Shown here: piece after piece, positions 1 to 11,000 of the stretch
Layout: the number at the start of each line of letters is the position of its first letter
How positions within the stretch are numbered: position 1 is the first letter of the stretch
Virus record (IMG/VR): IMGVR_UViG_3300025168_000053
Location: 1-64,000 of that record
DNA: 64,000 bases
DNA from: a virus
Reading direction: 5' to 3' (one strand)
Translations under genes and position numbers: made by a program
The notes under the pieces: model-generated
Databases searched by the model: none
What the model was told of the DNA's origin: nothing
The model's input: only the letters and a program-made list of their open reading frames with translations

Positions 1-1
1 A

Positions 2-1432
2 AACGCAGCAAAAAAGATACCAACGGCAACGAAAAAGCCGATTACTTCATTAAAGCCTAATGGCGGCAAGGGCGAGCCAGCCGCAAAGAAAACAACGGCG
101 CAATCTAACATGGAACTCATTAACCGCAAGGTGGCATCGGAGAAAGGAAAGAATACTGTATCGGAACGTGCTGCCGCAATGGTGGCGGCAGGTATGAAGG
201 GCCAGAAGCCCTCCAACGACAAAACCACCGAAGCGGCAAAGAAAGCCGCAAAAGGTTCTAAAAAAAAAAGTGAAGTGAAAGAAGAAACGCAAGATTTATC
301 AGCCGTTGATTCAAAAAAACCAACTGATTATCGGCGTTCAGCCGACTCTTTAGAACTCGATTCAGCAAGTGATCTTTTGAAAAGACTCACAATGAATGAT
401 TTGCGAATGTTTGGTAAATTAAAAACCGACCCTTTGTTGATGTTGGATAGTCAAGGCTACATTGATTCGGCAGGGGCAGTTGATCCATCGCATGTTTATC
501 AACACGCAGTTGGTCCAAGAAGCATGTTTGATGATAAAGGATTTTTTGTTCCTCCAAAGGAAAGGGGGGCAATAGGTCTTGACACGGATAAAATTATGAG
601 TATGTCATCTGGTGGCGGGGGTTTGAGCGCACGTTCAAAAAGTGATAGGATAGACGAGATGGATCGGTTCTTGAGGATCCCAGGAGAACATAACAAAAGA
701 GTTTCAAGTTGGGTCACACCGAAACCATATCCTTCAATGCCTCGAATTATCGCAGGGAGTCCTGAGCCACTTAGGAGGTATGAAGGTCTTCCAAAAGGAA
801 CAACAAACAATCCAGAAGGATATTTTAGAGAAGATGGCTCAAGAATCATGTCCTCTTCCCCAGAAGGACAAAGAATAATCAATGCAAAGAGCAAAAATCC
901 TTTTCCTTCAATTAAAGGTCCAAATATGCTTTCGCCACGATATAATCCAAACTCAGGCTTTTTAGATTTTCCATTTGAAAGGGGCGTAAATCTCGGTGCA
1001 AAATCACATGAACTTCCTGGCTATTTGTTAGGAGAACGTTCAATTAGACCACTGGATGGTCAAACCATTACTCCTTTTGTTGGGCTGGATGACACTTCTT
1101 CAATGAAGGAGATTCTTTCCATGACTCCAAAAGAGTTCAAAGCAAGAGTCAAAGGCGCATCCCCTCAACAGAATATGTTGCGTATTGGTGAGGCCGCTTT
1201 TTCAGCCCCTAATATAAACCGATTCGCAAATATGTTCCAATCAAACAGTATAGACCCAAACCAAGAAATTACGTTTCATGGTGGAGAACATACGCCCCTT
1301 AGTTTGTCAGGCTTGGCTCACATGAATACTGAGGATAATGATAATCTGTTTCAAACATTGATTGCGCCGAGGCTACAATCCAATGATGATGGAAACCCTG
1401 TGTGGACCAGCATGAATGATTTATTTGAGTAG
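2..1432 (+). CDS. Hypothetical protein upstream of terminase, 5'-truncated
   Basis: The frame of the 110..1432 ORF stays open back to position 2 (NAAKKIPTATKKP...). Low-complexity K/A-rich N-terminal part. Confidence 0.8.
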   Translation, partial: NAAKKIPTATKKPITSLKPNGGKGEPAAKKTTAQSNMELINRKVASEKGKNTVSERAAAMVAAGMKGQKPSNDKTTEAAKKAAKGSKKKSEVKEETQDLSAVDSKKPTDYRRSADSLELDSASDLLKRLTMNDLRMFGKLKTDPLLMLDSQGYIDSAGAVDPSHVYQHAVGPRSMFDDKGFFVPPKERGAIGLDTDKIMSMSSGGGGLSARSKSDRIDEMDRFLRIPGEHNKRVSSWVTPKPYPSMPRIIAGSPEPLRRYEGLPKGTTNNPEGYFREDGSRIMSSSPEGQRIINAKSKNPFPSIKGPNMLSPRYNPNSGFLDFPFERGVNLGAKSHELPGYLLGERSIRPLDGQTITPFVGLDDTSSMKEILSMTPKEFKARVKGASPQQNMLRIGEAAFSAPNINRFANMFQSNSIDPNQEITFHGGEHTPLSLSGLAHMNTEDNDNLFQTLIAPRLQSNDDGNPVWTSMNDLFE

Positions 1433-1442
1433 GTGATCGCAA

Positions 1443-2879
1443 ATGTCCGAAGCCCTCAAACAATTAACTGCTAATGTTGATTTTGAAATGGGTCGCCGTG
1501 ATTTCAAGTATTTTTTTGAAGAGGTATGTGGGAAGTATGAAGCAAAGAATCCCTGGATTTTAACAAAGTTTCACCAAGAATGGTTTGAGTTATCCGAAGG
1601 GAATAGTAAGACCTGCATTATTGCCAGTCGTGATCATGGAAAATCTGTATTTTATCGGGTTTATCTCCTTTGGAAAATGGCTTACAATCCTGGCACAGAA
1701 GTTCTTTTCTTCTCTCACAGCCAACACCAATCTATCGAACACATGGGTAAAATGAATGAGTTGATTGAATCAATCCCTGCATTACAACATCTCAAGCCAA
1801 AAAGAGGATGGGCGAAACAGAAGTTCAAGTTCACCAACAAATCATCCATATCGGCTATGTCTGTCGGGAAAGCAGTTCGTGGGGCGCACCCTCAAATCGT
1901 AGTGCTTGACGATATTTTGTCAAGTGAGGCGCAAACCCAACTCAAGCACATATCCTCATGGTTTTACACAGCATTATTGCCAGTTCTTCACCACACAGCC
2001 CAGTTATGTATTGTTGGAACTCCGTTTTCATATACCGATCTTTACGCTGAATTGAAGAAATTAAAATCATACGCTGTTCGAGAATATCCCGCTATCAATG
2101 AGCAAACAGGAGAATGTTTGTTCCCTGAGCGTTGGGATATGGAGGCATTGAACTCAAGACGCAATGATATGACTTCTATTGCATTCACAAGAGAATACCT
2201 GTGCAAACCAATTGCGAGCGAAGCAAGTCTATTCCCAGAAGAGGTGCTAAACAAAGTCAAAGACGAAGAGTTAGCGTTGTCTTACTATCCGCATGATGGC
2301 GAAGCCTACAACTATTACATCGGATGGGATCCTGCAATCTCAGCAGATCGGAGAGCCGACTACACGTGCATGATGGTTATTGCCGTTGATGAAAACAAAA
2401 ACAAACACATCATTCATACTCATCACGAAAAGGGAATGGACTTTTCATCTCAAATTGACAAAATCATTGAATTGAATGCTCGCTTCAATCCAGTTATCAT
2501 CGAACTTGAAACAAACAACTTCGCAATTGCATTCAATCAAGTGCTAAACGAAATCAGCGATCTTCCAATAAAACCATTCAATATGAGCCGTATGAAGAAA
2601 GAGGCTTTAATTCATACCCTCCAACTGCAATTTGAACAGGGCAAGTTGAATATACCCTACAAAGACGAAGGAGGGACACGGAGATTGATGAACACTTTAT
2701 TGACTGAACTCTCCACGTTCACTATGTTGGATAACGGGAGGATGGAGAGTTTGGGCGGTCACGACGACATGGTTATTGCTCTCGCATTAGGCGTTCAAGC
2801 AACAAAAGAATATCGAGATAGCATCGTCATTTTAGATGCTGAATTATGGCAAGGAAGGTTGGGATGGGCAAATGTTTGA
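1443..2879 (+). CDS. terL: Terminase large subunit
   Basis: Walker A IIASRDHGKS, Walker B IVVLDD, motif III VGTP, RNase H-like nuclease IGWDPA...DYT...HDDMVIALAL. GGTGA SD upstream. Confidence 0.97.
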   Translation: MSEALKQLTANVDFEMGRRDFKYFFEEVCGKYEAKNPWILTKFHQEWFELSEGNSKTCIIASRDHGKSVFYRVYLLWKMAYNPGTEVLFFSHSQHQSIEHMGKMNELIESIPALQHLKPKRGWAKQKFKFTNKSSISAMSVGKAVRGAHPQIVVLDDILSSEAQTQLKHISSWFYTALLPVLHHTAQLCIVGTPFSYTDLYAELKKLKSYAVREYPAINEQTGECLFPERWDMEALNSRRNDMTSIAFTREYLCKPIASEASLFPEEVLNKVKDEELALSYYPHDGEAYNYYIGWDPAISADRRADYTCMMVIAVDENKNKHIIHTHHEKGMDFSSQIDKIIELNARFNPVIIELETNNFAIAFNQVLNEISDLPIKPFNMSRMKKEALIHTLQLQFEQGKLNIPYKDEGGTRRLMNTLLTELSTFTMLDNGRMESLGGHDDMVIALALGVQATKEYRDSIVILDAELWQGRLGWANV

Positions 2880-4116
2880 AGGAAGAATAGAGGGTGTTTT
2901 TGACGTTCAATCACCCGCCGATGCAATCATCAAAGTTCTCGACACCAAATTGGTTGAGATGGAATTAAAAAACAACGTTCAAGAAAAGAAATTACTTGAG
3001 CAAAAAAAGAAAGAGGCGGCAAATCAAAAGGATGCAGCAGCCGCAGGTAGCCCACGTGATGAAGCGTCTATTGATGGTCTTGAATCATCAAATACTGGTG
3101 GCGGTGATAAACAACCTGGAACATCTGTTCAAACGGCTACATCTCCCTTGCCCGTATCAAAGACATGGTTTGTTGATAATTTCGGAATGCAGGGAACTGA
3201 GATTGTTGATTTGTTAATCAAATCTGGGAAAACGCAAATCGTTGGAATTATTCAGCCGTTGATTGTTGAAGAACGAAAATCGTTGCTAAAATCCTTTCCT
3301 TCTGTATCAGCCGATCTTGTTGATAAAATACCGTTCACTGATTTTGATTGGAAAATGTTGCATAAAAATACATCATCATTAGAAATCCCGTTTAGAAGAT
3401 TTGTAAAAAGTTGGAATGATGGGAATGATGATGCTTATGATATTTGGTCGAATCGAATTACCAAAGAGCAACATTTGAGTCTCCCTGAAAGAAAGACGCT
3501 ACAAAAAACACATGAGGTTCTTGACAAACATGGGAACATGAATACACAATCGCTACAAACCTATGGGGTTGATGGAAGCACGACTAAAATTGCTATGCTT
3601 ATCAAATCACATGGATTCCTTTACGACATAGAGGCATTTGGTTCAGGTTCAAAGAATAATGCAAGGTCTTTGTTTTATGGCTTAAAGAAAAATGACATCA
3701 TAGTGAAGGATGCAGGGGCTTTAATCGGCAATTTGTATGAAATGGGGGGGCATTATGAAATTAGTCCACGTGGAACTCCAAGAATTATTTTACCATTCAA
3801 TTCAAGAGTATGCAAAGAATATGCTCATGCACTTAATTCTCAATTAGAGGTGCGAGGAATTATAGCCGAGGGCAAAGGGTTGGTCATTGAGGGGGAATCC
3901 TCAGTCGCCAAGTCTCTTGATTTGGCGTTGCCCCATTTGAATGAGAAGAAAGGTGAGATCGTGGTTTTGAAGAAAGCACTTGAGGATGACGAGGATGCGT
4001 TAAGATGTTTGGCATATTCTCAAGCAAATACCCAAAAGCAGGTAAAGTTGTTGAAGTCATGGAATCTCTCACTTGAAGCATTTGATGAGTTAATTAGTGG
4101 TGTTGTAAATGGCTGA
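2872..4116 (+). CDS. Protein with putative wHTH and degenerate C-terminal LAGLIDADG domain
   Basis: ATG 2872 overlaps the terL stop. AGALIGNLYEMGGHYEI...PRIIL...LVIEG...ALPHLNEKK follows the LAGLIDADG pattern. Confidence 0.65.
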   Translation: MFEGRIEGVFDVQSPADAIIKVLDTKLVEMELKNNVQEKKLLEQKKKEAANQKDAAAAGSPRDEASIDGLESSNTGGGDKQPGTSVQTATSPLPVSKTWFVDNFGMQGTEIVDLLIKSGKTQIVGIIQPLIVEERKSLLKSFPSVSADLVDKIPFTDFDWKMLHKNTSSLEIPFRRFVKSWNDGNDDAYDIWSNRITKEQHLSLPERKTLQKTHEVLDKHGNMNTQSLQTYGVDGSTTKIAMLIKSHGFLYDIEAFGSGSKNNARSLFYGLKKNDIIVKDAGALIGNLYEMGGHYEISPRGTPRIILPFNSRVCKEYAHALNSQLEVRGIIAEGKGLVIEGESSVAKSLDLALPHLNEKKGEIVVLKKALEDDEDALRCLAYSQANTQKQVKLLKSWNLSLEAFDELISGVVNG

Positions 4117-5914
4117 TAAAGAGAGAATGGAACGTTTGTTCTCAGCCATTGGAATTGACATGGAAAGGCATACAACGCCTAAGCCAACAATGCCTTTGTT
4201 TCAATCTGGCATTCAAGAACCTCCGCTTTTACAAGGAATCACCATCCCTGCACTTTACGCTGCAACCTTTGAATGTGTAGTGCTGCGATCAATTTTGAAT
4301 CATTTGTCTGTTGAAGCGTTTAGAAAGGGCTATGGATGGAAGCCAAAGTTTGTAGTAAAATGTAGGGAATGTGAAGAGAAATACCACCAAGAAGTCGAAT
4401 CATGCAAAAAATGTGGCGGTGATGTTCGTAAAGCGGATAAATCCGAACTCGAATATGCTGAAACATTGCTGGAAAGCAAGAACAGCATGATGCAATCATT
4501 TATTGAAATTATGAAAGAAGTTGAAATGGACTTAAACATCGTTGATGATGCTTATTTGGTTTTAACCAAAGAATACTTTGTTGATCCTGATACAAAGAAA
4601 GTTATGTTTTTTAGGGTCAAAGAGATTACACGTGCCGACCCTATTTTCATGCGTATGCTTGCCGACAAGAGAGGTATGCGTGGCGGGAGTCAATATACCA
4701 GCCTTGTTGATCGAACATTCCGAACCAGCGACCCAAAAGACAAATGCCCTGTGACTGGAATGCCAGTAGTTCCAATTCACTACATGAACCTCGCAGGTGT
4801 TGGTAAAGGTCAAGTATATACTGAGGGTGAAGTCATTCACCTTAGCAAATGGTCGCCTGGTAAATTGTATGGCCGTAGTCCTATCGCAACAATGTGGCGA
4901 CAGGTCAATACTCTCATTGCGATGGATAATTACGTTTATTCAGCATATCAAAAGAAGCGTATGCCGAGAGGGGTTATGGTCATCAAATCATCCAACATGG
5001 AAACGGTTGAGCGAACTGCCCGAAACATTCAGGAACACCTTGAGCGTGATCCTTCTTACATCCCAACAATTGGTGTTGAAACCGAATCTGGGCGAGGTGG
5101 CCTTGAATATGTGCGTATGATGGACACCCTCGAAGAACTACAATACATTCCAATTAAAGACGATATTCGCCAGCGCATTGCAGCATTCTTTGGTGTTTCA
5201 AATGTGTTTATGAATGATGTATCAGGTGGTGGACTCAATAACGAAGGAATGCAAATTGTAGTGAGCAATAGAGCCGTTGCCTTTGCTCAATCAATTTACA
5301 ATCGAGTTTTATTTCCTCAAATCATCGAAGCATTTGAAATTAAAGAATGGGAATTGGTCTTGAATCCGCATGAGGAAGAGGATGAGATTATGCAACTGCG
5401 AAGAGATGAAATGGCAATTCGCAACATGATGCAAATGAAGCAAGCAGGGTATGAAGCAAACCTGCGTGATGGAATAGATGACAAGATACTCCACTTCGAT
5501 TTCAAGCAACCCGACCCTCAAGCGGTTGCTGCGGCTGAGGCTCAACAGGCTCAACAACAAGGTGGAGGCGGAGGTCAGCCAGTCCAAAAGGGAGATGATA
5601 CCTTCTCCGATCCAAACGCACTTTTCAAGCGAACTAATTTTGATGCAAGCAGGGGGTCTGTTCCTTTTGCTGATTCATTGGCTACAACTGCTGGAACTGA
5701 TTTGCCGCCTTTGAGGAATCAAAGCGAAAACACACGTCAAAGCGGAGGTCAAAGTCCAGGTATGATTCGCAGGGTTGAGGGTGCGCCAACTGGCGCATCG
5801 GTAAAAACGGATAAAAGAGAACATAAGTCTCCACAGGAAAAAGCCATTGACCACCAAATCAAAGAAACAGAAAAACGACACGGTTTGGGCGGTTCAAGGG
5901 GCAACAGTCAATAA
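4109..5914 (+). CDS. Portal protein with Zn-ribbon insertion
   Basis: Follows terL. Portal-like LYGRSPI, MPRGVM and IAAFFGVS segments. CREC...CKKC insertion and Q/G-rich tail. Confidence 0.9.
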   Translation: MADKERMERLFSAIGIDMERHTTPKPTMPLFQSGIQEPPLLQGITIPALYAATFECVVLRSILNHLSVEAFRKGYGWKPKFVVKCRECEEKYHQEVESCKKCGGDVRKADKSELEYAETLLESKNSMMQSFIEIMKEVEMDLNIVDDAYLVLTKEYFVDPDTKKVMFFRVKEITRADPIFMRMLADKRGMRGGSQYTSLVDRTFRTSDPKDKCPVTGMPVVPIHYMNLAGVGKGQVYTEGEVIHLSKWSPGKLYGRSPIATMWRQVNTLIAMDNYVYSAYQKKRMPRGVMVIKSSNMETVERTARNIQEHLERDPSYIPTIGVETESGRGGLEYVRMMDTLEELQYIPIKDDIRQRIAAFFGVSNVFMNDVSGGGLNNEGMQIVVSNRAVAFAQSIYNRVLFPQIIEAFEIKEWELVLNPHEEEDEIMQLRRDEMAIRNMMQMKQAGYEANLRDGIDDKILHFDFKQPDPQAVAAAEAQQAQQQGGGGGQPVQKGDDTFSDPNALFKRTNFDASRGSVPFADSLATTAGTDLPPLRNQSENTRQSGGQSPGMIRRVEGAPTGASVKTDKREHKSPQEKAIDHQIKETEKRHGLGGSRGNSQ

Positions 5915-5944
5915 GTGGGAGATAGTGCCAAAGGGTGAGCGAAG

Positions 5945-6283
5945 ATGTTTGATATTATTGAAAAGATGGACCCAATGGCTCGAAAGGCATTAGCAGCAGT
6001 TGAAGGAATACAAAAGGCAATTGCCTCAAATGACCCAAACGCAATCTCCGCAGGGATTATGGCTGCTGAAAACGCACTATCAATGTTAAAGGGCGATTTG
6101 GCACTACATGACCAAGTTCAAAAGTCCATTTCAAAGAATCAACCTGCTGATTTATTTATGGGAGTTATCCCTCAATTCGACAACTTAGCATCCGATTATA
6201 ACGGGACTGAAAATGCGGTGGCTCAGGGAGTAAGTCGTCATGGTCGTGCCACTGGTTTCTTTACACCTCATCGGGTGGTTTGA
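5945..6283 (+). CDS. Hypothetical head-module protein
   Basis: GGTGA SD, located between portal and protease, contains IQKA/VQKS sites. Confidence 0.75.
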   Translation: MFDIIEKMDPMARKALAAVEGIQKAIASNDPNAISAGIMAAENALSMLKGDLALHDQVQKSISKNQPADLFMGVIPQFDNLASDYNGTENAVAQGVSRHGRATGFFTPHRVV

Positions 6284-6286
6284 ACA

Positions 6287-6730
6287 ATGTGGAAAATAGA
6301 CGGGTGGGTAGATCGTCGCCAAACAGCGCACATCTATGATCTTTACAAGAACTCTCCTGTGACTTCTGTTTCAACCGCACCTGCGGCTTTGCTCATTAAC
6401 GCAATTGATGACGGAATCCAAATGCTTGCATCACAATGCAATGAAATGAACCAACTCATGTCTCAAGCACGTGCAACAAATGTTGAGTCCGAACCAACTT
6501 TGGCACTTCAAAAGAACATGGAAGCACTTCGTCAAAAAGTCCTATCTCTCTCTCAAGACATTTCAATGATTAGAACCGCACATGATTCAATCGCAAATAT
6601 GCAACCGCTTGGACCAATTCAACCAGGAATGGAAGGTATGCCACAAGGTATGCCACCACAAGGTATGCCGCCACAAGGTATGCCACCACAAGGTATGCCA
6701 CCACAGGGCGGCATGGGGGTGGGAATGTGA
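6287..6730 (+). CDS. Coiled-coil head-module protein with GMPPQ repeats
   Basis: Tightly packed ORF with a GMPPQ x4 tail. Confidence 0.75.
   Translation: MWKIDGWVDRRQTAHIYDLYKNSPVTSVSTAPAALLINAIDDGIQMLASQCNEMNQLMSQARATNVESEPTLALQKNMEALRQKVLSLSQDISMIRTAHDSIANMQPLGPIQPGMEGMPQGMPPQGMPPQGMPPQGMPPQGGMGVGM
6647..6706 (+). repeat. 4 x 15-bp tandem repeat (GGTATGCCACCACAA) encoding GMPPQ
   Basis: Read directly from the sequence. Confidence 0.95.
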
Positions 6731-7041
6731 GCGATGAACAAGAGCAAATTGACATTCTAAAAGAATTGATTGGCGAAGTTCGAGTTCTCAATCAAAGAGT
6801 CCAAGCACTTGAGGCTGAGAACACTTCTTTAGCAAAAGCAATTGGCGATCCCGAAGTGATGATGAAAAAGCATGGTTGGAAAAAGTTCACCACGCCCCAT
6901 GCTGATGAAACTTTCGATCCATTGAATCGTCAAATACCAAACGACAATACTCCGTTTTCAGGAAGCGGTGACTTATTCCTTAAATCAAGAGATGAAAGAC
7001 TCAAGGATTGGGAAGCAGCAGAACAACAGGTGAGAGCATGA
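6727..7041 (+). CDS. Small coiled-coil head-module protein
   Basis: GTG start overlapping the previous stop, heptad pattern. Confidence 0.75.
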   Translation: MSDEQEQIDILKELIGEVRVLNQRVQALEAENTSLAKAIGDPEVMMKKHGWKKFTTPHADETFDPLNRQIPNDNTPFSGSGDLFLKSRDERLKDWEAAEQQVRA

Positions 7042-8027
7042 GTATTCAATGGTTTAATCCAATGACCGACACCCCAGAAGGGCTTCTTTTAGGCGACGTG
7101 CAAGAATTGTTGAAAGCAGTTCGCAATAAGAAAAAAGCCGACTTGGATAAAGACGGTAAATTGTCAGGTTATGAAAAGAAAAGAGCAAAAGCCATCGAAA
7201 GAAACATGAACCCAAAGATGGGGCAATACAAATCAGATCGTGGTCAAAGAACGCCTCCAAATATGCCAACTCCAAAAGGCAACAAAATCAAGATTGACAA
7301 AACAACCGAGATTCTTCAAGAAATGGGTATTTTCGTAAAAAACACCACTTGTAGCGTGTGCATGAGCGACGATGACAAAATGAATTGCTCGGATTGCATG
7401 AGCGACATGAAAAAGTCAAGTATGGATTCAAAAAACGCATACTGTCAAAAGAACTTCCAATGCAATTATTCTCAATGCACACCTAAGCAAAAAGCAAAAT
7501 GCGACAGGGAATGCGGAAAAGAATTGTCGAAAGCCGACATGAGCGAGAAGAATAAATACTGTCAAAAGCACTTTAATTGCAGTTATTCCGAATGTTCATC
7601 CAAACAAAAAGCGCAATGCGATAGGGAATGCGGAAAAGAACTCAAAAAATATAGTCAAGAATCAAGTGTTGAGAACTTATTCCCCAAGTTCCAAAACGTT
7701 GATGGCGGAATGCCAGTTGATGCACACGGATTCACAACCAATGGCACATACCCTGCAACTAACGACGGACCTAAAAAATCCATTATCAGTGAAACCGCTA
7801 AAATCCCTGCATACGCTCAAAACGGCTACACAGTAAAGAGTAGTAGCCTTCACATGCACTACAATGATGCTGGCGGAACTCGAAAGAATCCTCCAAACAT
7901 TGACACTATCGAACAACGCCTTGCATCATTAACAAAACACGCAGGGCGAAACAATCTTGGAATGATCGGAGAGATTGAAGGATTGTTGAAGCAGGTCAAA
8001 GACCTAATCGAAACCCCTTCAAATTGA
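7038..8027 (+). CDS. Modular head protein with EF-hand-like DLDKDG motif and two Cys-rich repeats
   Basis: ATGA overlap at 7038 with GGTGA SD. Duplicated 39-aa YCQKxFxCxYSxC...CDRECGKEL unit. Confidence 0.8.
   Translation: MSIQWFNPMTDTPEGLLLGDVQELLKAVRNKKKADLDKDGKLSGYEKKRAKAIERNMNPKMGQYKSDRGQRTPPNMPTPKGNKIKIDKTTEILQEMGIFVKNTTCSVCMSDDDKMNCSDCMSDMKKSSMDSKNAYCQKNFQCNYSQCTPKQKAKCDRECGKELSKADMSEKNKYCQKHFNCSYSECSSKQKAQCDRECGKELKKYSQESSVENLFPKFQNVDGGMPVDAHGFTTNGTYPATNDGPKKSIISETAKIPAYAQNGYTVKSSSLHMHYNDAGGTRKNPPNIDTIEQRLASLTKHAGRNNLGMIGEIEGLLKQVKDLIETPSN
7430..7650 (+). repeat. Two diverged 117-bp (39-aa) Cys-rich repeats
   Basis: TACTGTCAAAAG starts at 7440 and 7557, and AGGGAATGCGGAAAAGAA occurs twice. 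Confidence 0.9.
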
Positions 8028-8038
8028 GGGGGGTTTAG

Positions 8039-11000
8039 ATGACAACGGATTTAGACAGATTGCGAACTGATGCAATTATATCCATTCACAAAGCAAGTCC
8101 TTTTGATTTTAAGCATTATGCGGGTCAAATACCAGAAGGTGAAGAAACACCACTTGACACAGCAACCATGCTTGGAGGCATGAGTCCTGAGTTGCCCGAG
8201 TTTAGAATGACAAATCTATCAGCACCAATGGCCGTATCTCAAATGAAGATACCAAGTCATGCTGATTTTATTGCAGGTCATACAAAAGTTTCAAACAGTC
8301 CATTAACAGATTGGCCGATTGCATCTCCTGAAAATCAATTTGGGGAACATCAACCCTTTGGCATGAAATCGAATAGTTGCCCTTTGCTACATGGCGCAGC
8401 ATGGGGCGACCCTGCGTATGCTGAACATTTGGCTCACGCTATGCCAAACCTAAAAGAAATCGCCCAACGTGAAAAACGAATCAATTTTGACCCAGACCGA
8501 TACGGGCAACCAAAAGAAACACTTCATGACTTAATGATACGTGATCGAAATCGCTACAACACTTATTCCGATGAAGAATACCGTGATGGCAAAGTGAATG
8601 AATGGCAAAAACGTTTGGGATTATTGCCTTATTTGTTCGGTCTTGAATACAATAGCGAGGATCAACGTGAACATTTTATTCGACTTATGAAAAAAATGGG
8701 AACAAAGAAAGATTTGAACTCCCCTGATTCAAGAGTCTTGCGAAATAAAATGCAAGAAAAAGCAGGTATCTCTTGGGGTCGAGCATTGCGTTCATTTCGA
8801 GCAAGGTTCATTCCCCTCCTTCAATGGTGGAGAAGGGCAAGTGATCGACATGGGCCAGTCACCCCTGCTCAAATGCCAATGCCTATGATGATGCCAAATG
8901 TTGATTTGATGAAAAGTGACCCCTCCAATGCTGATTTACACTTCGTCAGTCCTTATGTCGAAATGCCGCAGGGAGTTGAAGAATCATTTACGCATCATTG
9001 GTGGGACATATTTCAGCCCTGGGGCGGGGTTGGCCGAGATTACAACTCACTACACGATATATTGAAACAATCATATCCCGAAGTATTTGACAATGGTTGG
9101 TTAGATGATGTTTTGATGAACACTTCAAACAATATGCTTGACACCTATGACTCCGATGGAGGGAGTCATTTTCCTAATGTCACCAACCATCCAGATGCTA
9201 AAGGACATCCCGACCACGCATCTCTTAAATCCAATTTTAACGATGCTGAGTTCTTTGAAAAAAGAAGGGCGAATTGGAGTCATGCTTCAAACCTTCACTT
9301 TTTGCATCCAAGTGAAGTTCAAGGTCAAGGAGGCCGAATGCTTATTCCATCCGACCAAATGATGATGAGTCGTTTAGGTCGTTCATTATCTGGTCAAGCC
9401 GACATGGGTTCTCCAAGAATTGGTATGTTCCGTGAAGAACACCCATCATCGAACCCCACATATTGGGATAATCACAATGCTCTATTCGCAGCAAATGACA
9501 TGCACATGGGTAAAGTGATGAACAATATGGCTCAAAAAGTGATGAAACAACTTGGTTCAGGAATACTCAATCCAGCCGATCCAAAGAATATGGAACAAGC
9601 GACTCTTGCACGTGGCAACTTACAACAACTCGCAAGTGCGGCTGATTTTGCCATGAAGAAAGTCAATATGGGGGATGAATACAGGGCATTAGCCCCTTCA
9701 ATGAATGGAACCGATATGGCAATGCAATTGAAATCAATTGGCCCAGTTCATCCATCATCTTTCGCAACCACCCCTCCGATTTACAATACAGGAAACACGC
9801 ATCTTTGGGGTCATGAAATGCCAGCAACGCTCACATGGAAACATGATCCTCAAAGCGGAGGAATCAGTTTTGGCATGGCCGAGGAACCTTTCAACATCAT
9901 GCAAAGAACCGTTCATGAAAATAAAATAAAAGCAGTTTTACCTTCATTATTGGAATCAAGCATTATGCCAAAGCAAAGAGACATTCATGCTTTATCAGCA
10001 TTAGATTCCAGGGGGCTATCTCCTATCGCCACAGGGAGTATTCTCAAAGCCGAGGACTATGAGCCAACAGGCGTGTTCACAACCAAGATTATTCCAGCAT
10101 ATACAATTCACAAATTAGAAGACATGGATAAGTTGAAGGGATTTTCGGGCGATTGGATTGTTCAAAAGATGCCGCAGGGAAAGCGAATGTTTGTTGAAAA
10201 GAAAGGCAACCATTTGAAAACAGATAAATTGCCAAGTAAAATTAAAAAGCAACTTCGTGAGATAAAAGGCGATTTCATATTTGATGGATATTTGGATGGA
10301 AAAACGCTCAAAGTTGTTGATTTGTTGGTTCATAAAGGCTCGGATTTGCACCTCGAACCTCTTGATGATCGAATCAATGCACTACGAACTCTTTACGACT
10401 CAACAGAAAATGTTCACTTCCCAATGCCAACAAATTGTGTATCAACCGATCATGAAGGTTTGGATAAAGCAATAAGCAATTTTGATGAAAACGAATTATT
10501 GATTAGAGATTCCAAATCAACATTTATGAAAGAAAAAGAAGTTCACCCTAAGTGGATTCGTTATGCTAAGGAATCAATTGCTAAGGCATTCTATCCGCCA
10601 ATGCCTGAACTCATTGTATATCCAAATCAAATCAAATTGGTTTATCCGTCAATTTATGACCCTGTGATTGTTAAGGGTGACTTCGATGGAAAAGGATTCA
10701 ACATCTCATCATTTGAAGGGTATGATGCTATATTCGACAAAGCAAGAAAAGATATTCCATTATGGGGTCCAGTTGCTATTGATTTGCTCAAAGAGGGTGC
10801 TGCGGCAGGTGGTGGCGGTGGTGCATCGTCGGCAGGTGGCGCATCTGGGGCATTTACTTCAAGTGATGCTGGTTCTTATCAACCGCTTCATTCAACACCT
10901 AAAAGAAAGAAGCCACGTAAGTTGAAAATAACAAAACAAACCTTGCTACGTGCGCCATCAATTATTGGTGAAAACGAAGAAGGCGACAATGTAGCCGCTA

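Noticed and set aside
260-269. A10 homopolymer as a phase-variation or frameshift site
   Set aside because: The frame is intact and it simply encodes a Lys run.
2-1432. Terminase small subunit
   Set aside because: The position fits, but the protein is too long, truncated and has no recognisable motif.
2872-4116. Intein or intron-encoded homing endonuclease
   Set aside because: No intein termini or split host gene. terL and portal are intact.
6647-6706. Tandem 15-bp repeats as a CRISPR-like array
   Set aside because: No spacers. It is an in-frame coding repeat (GMPPQ).
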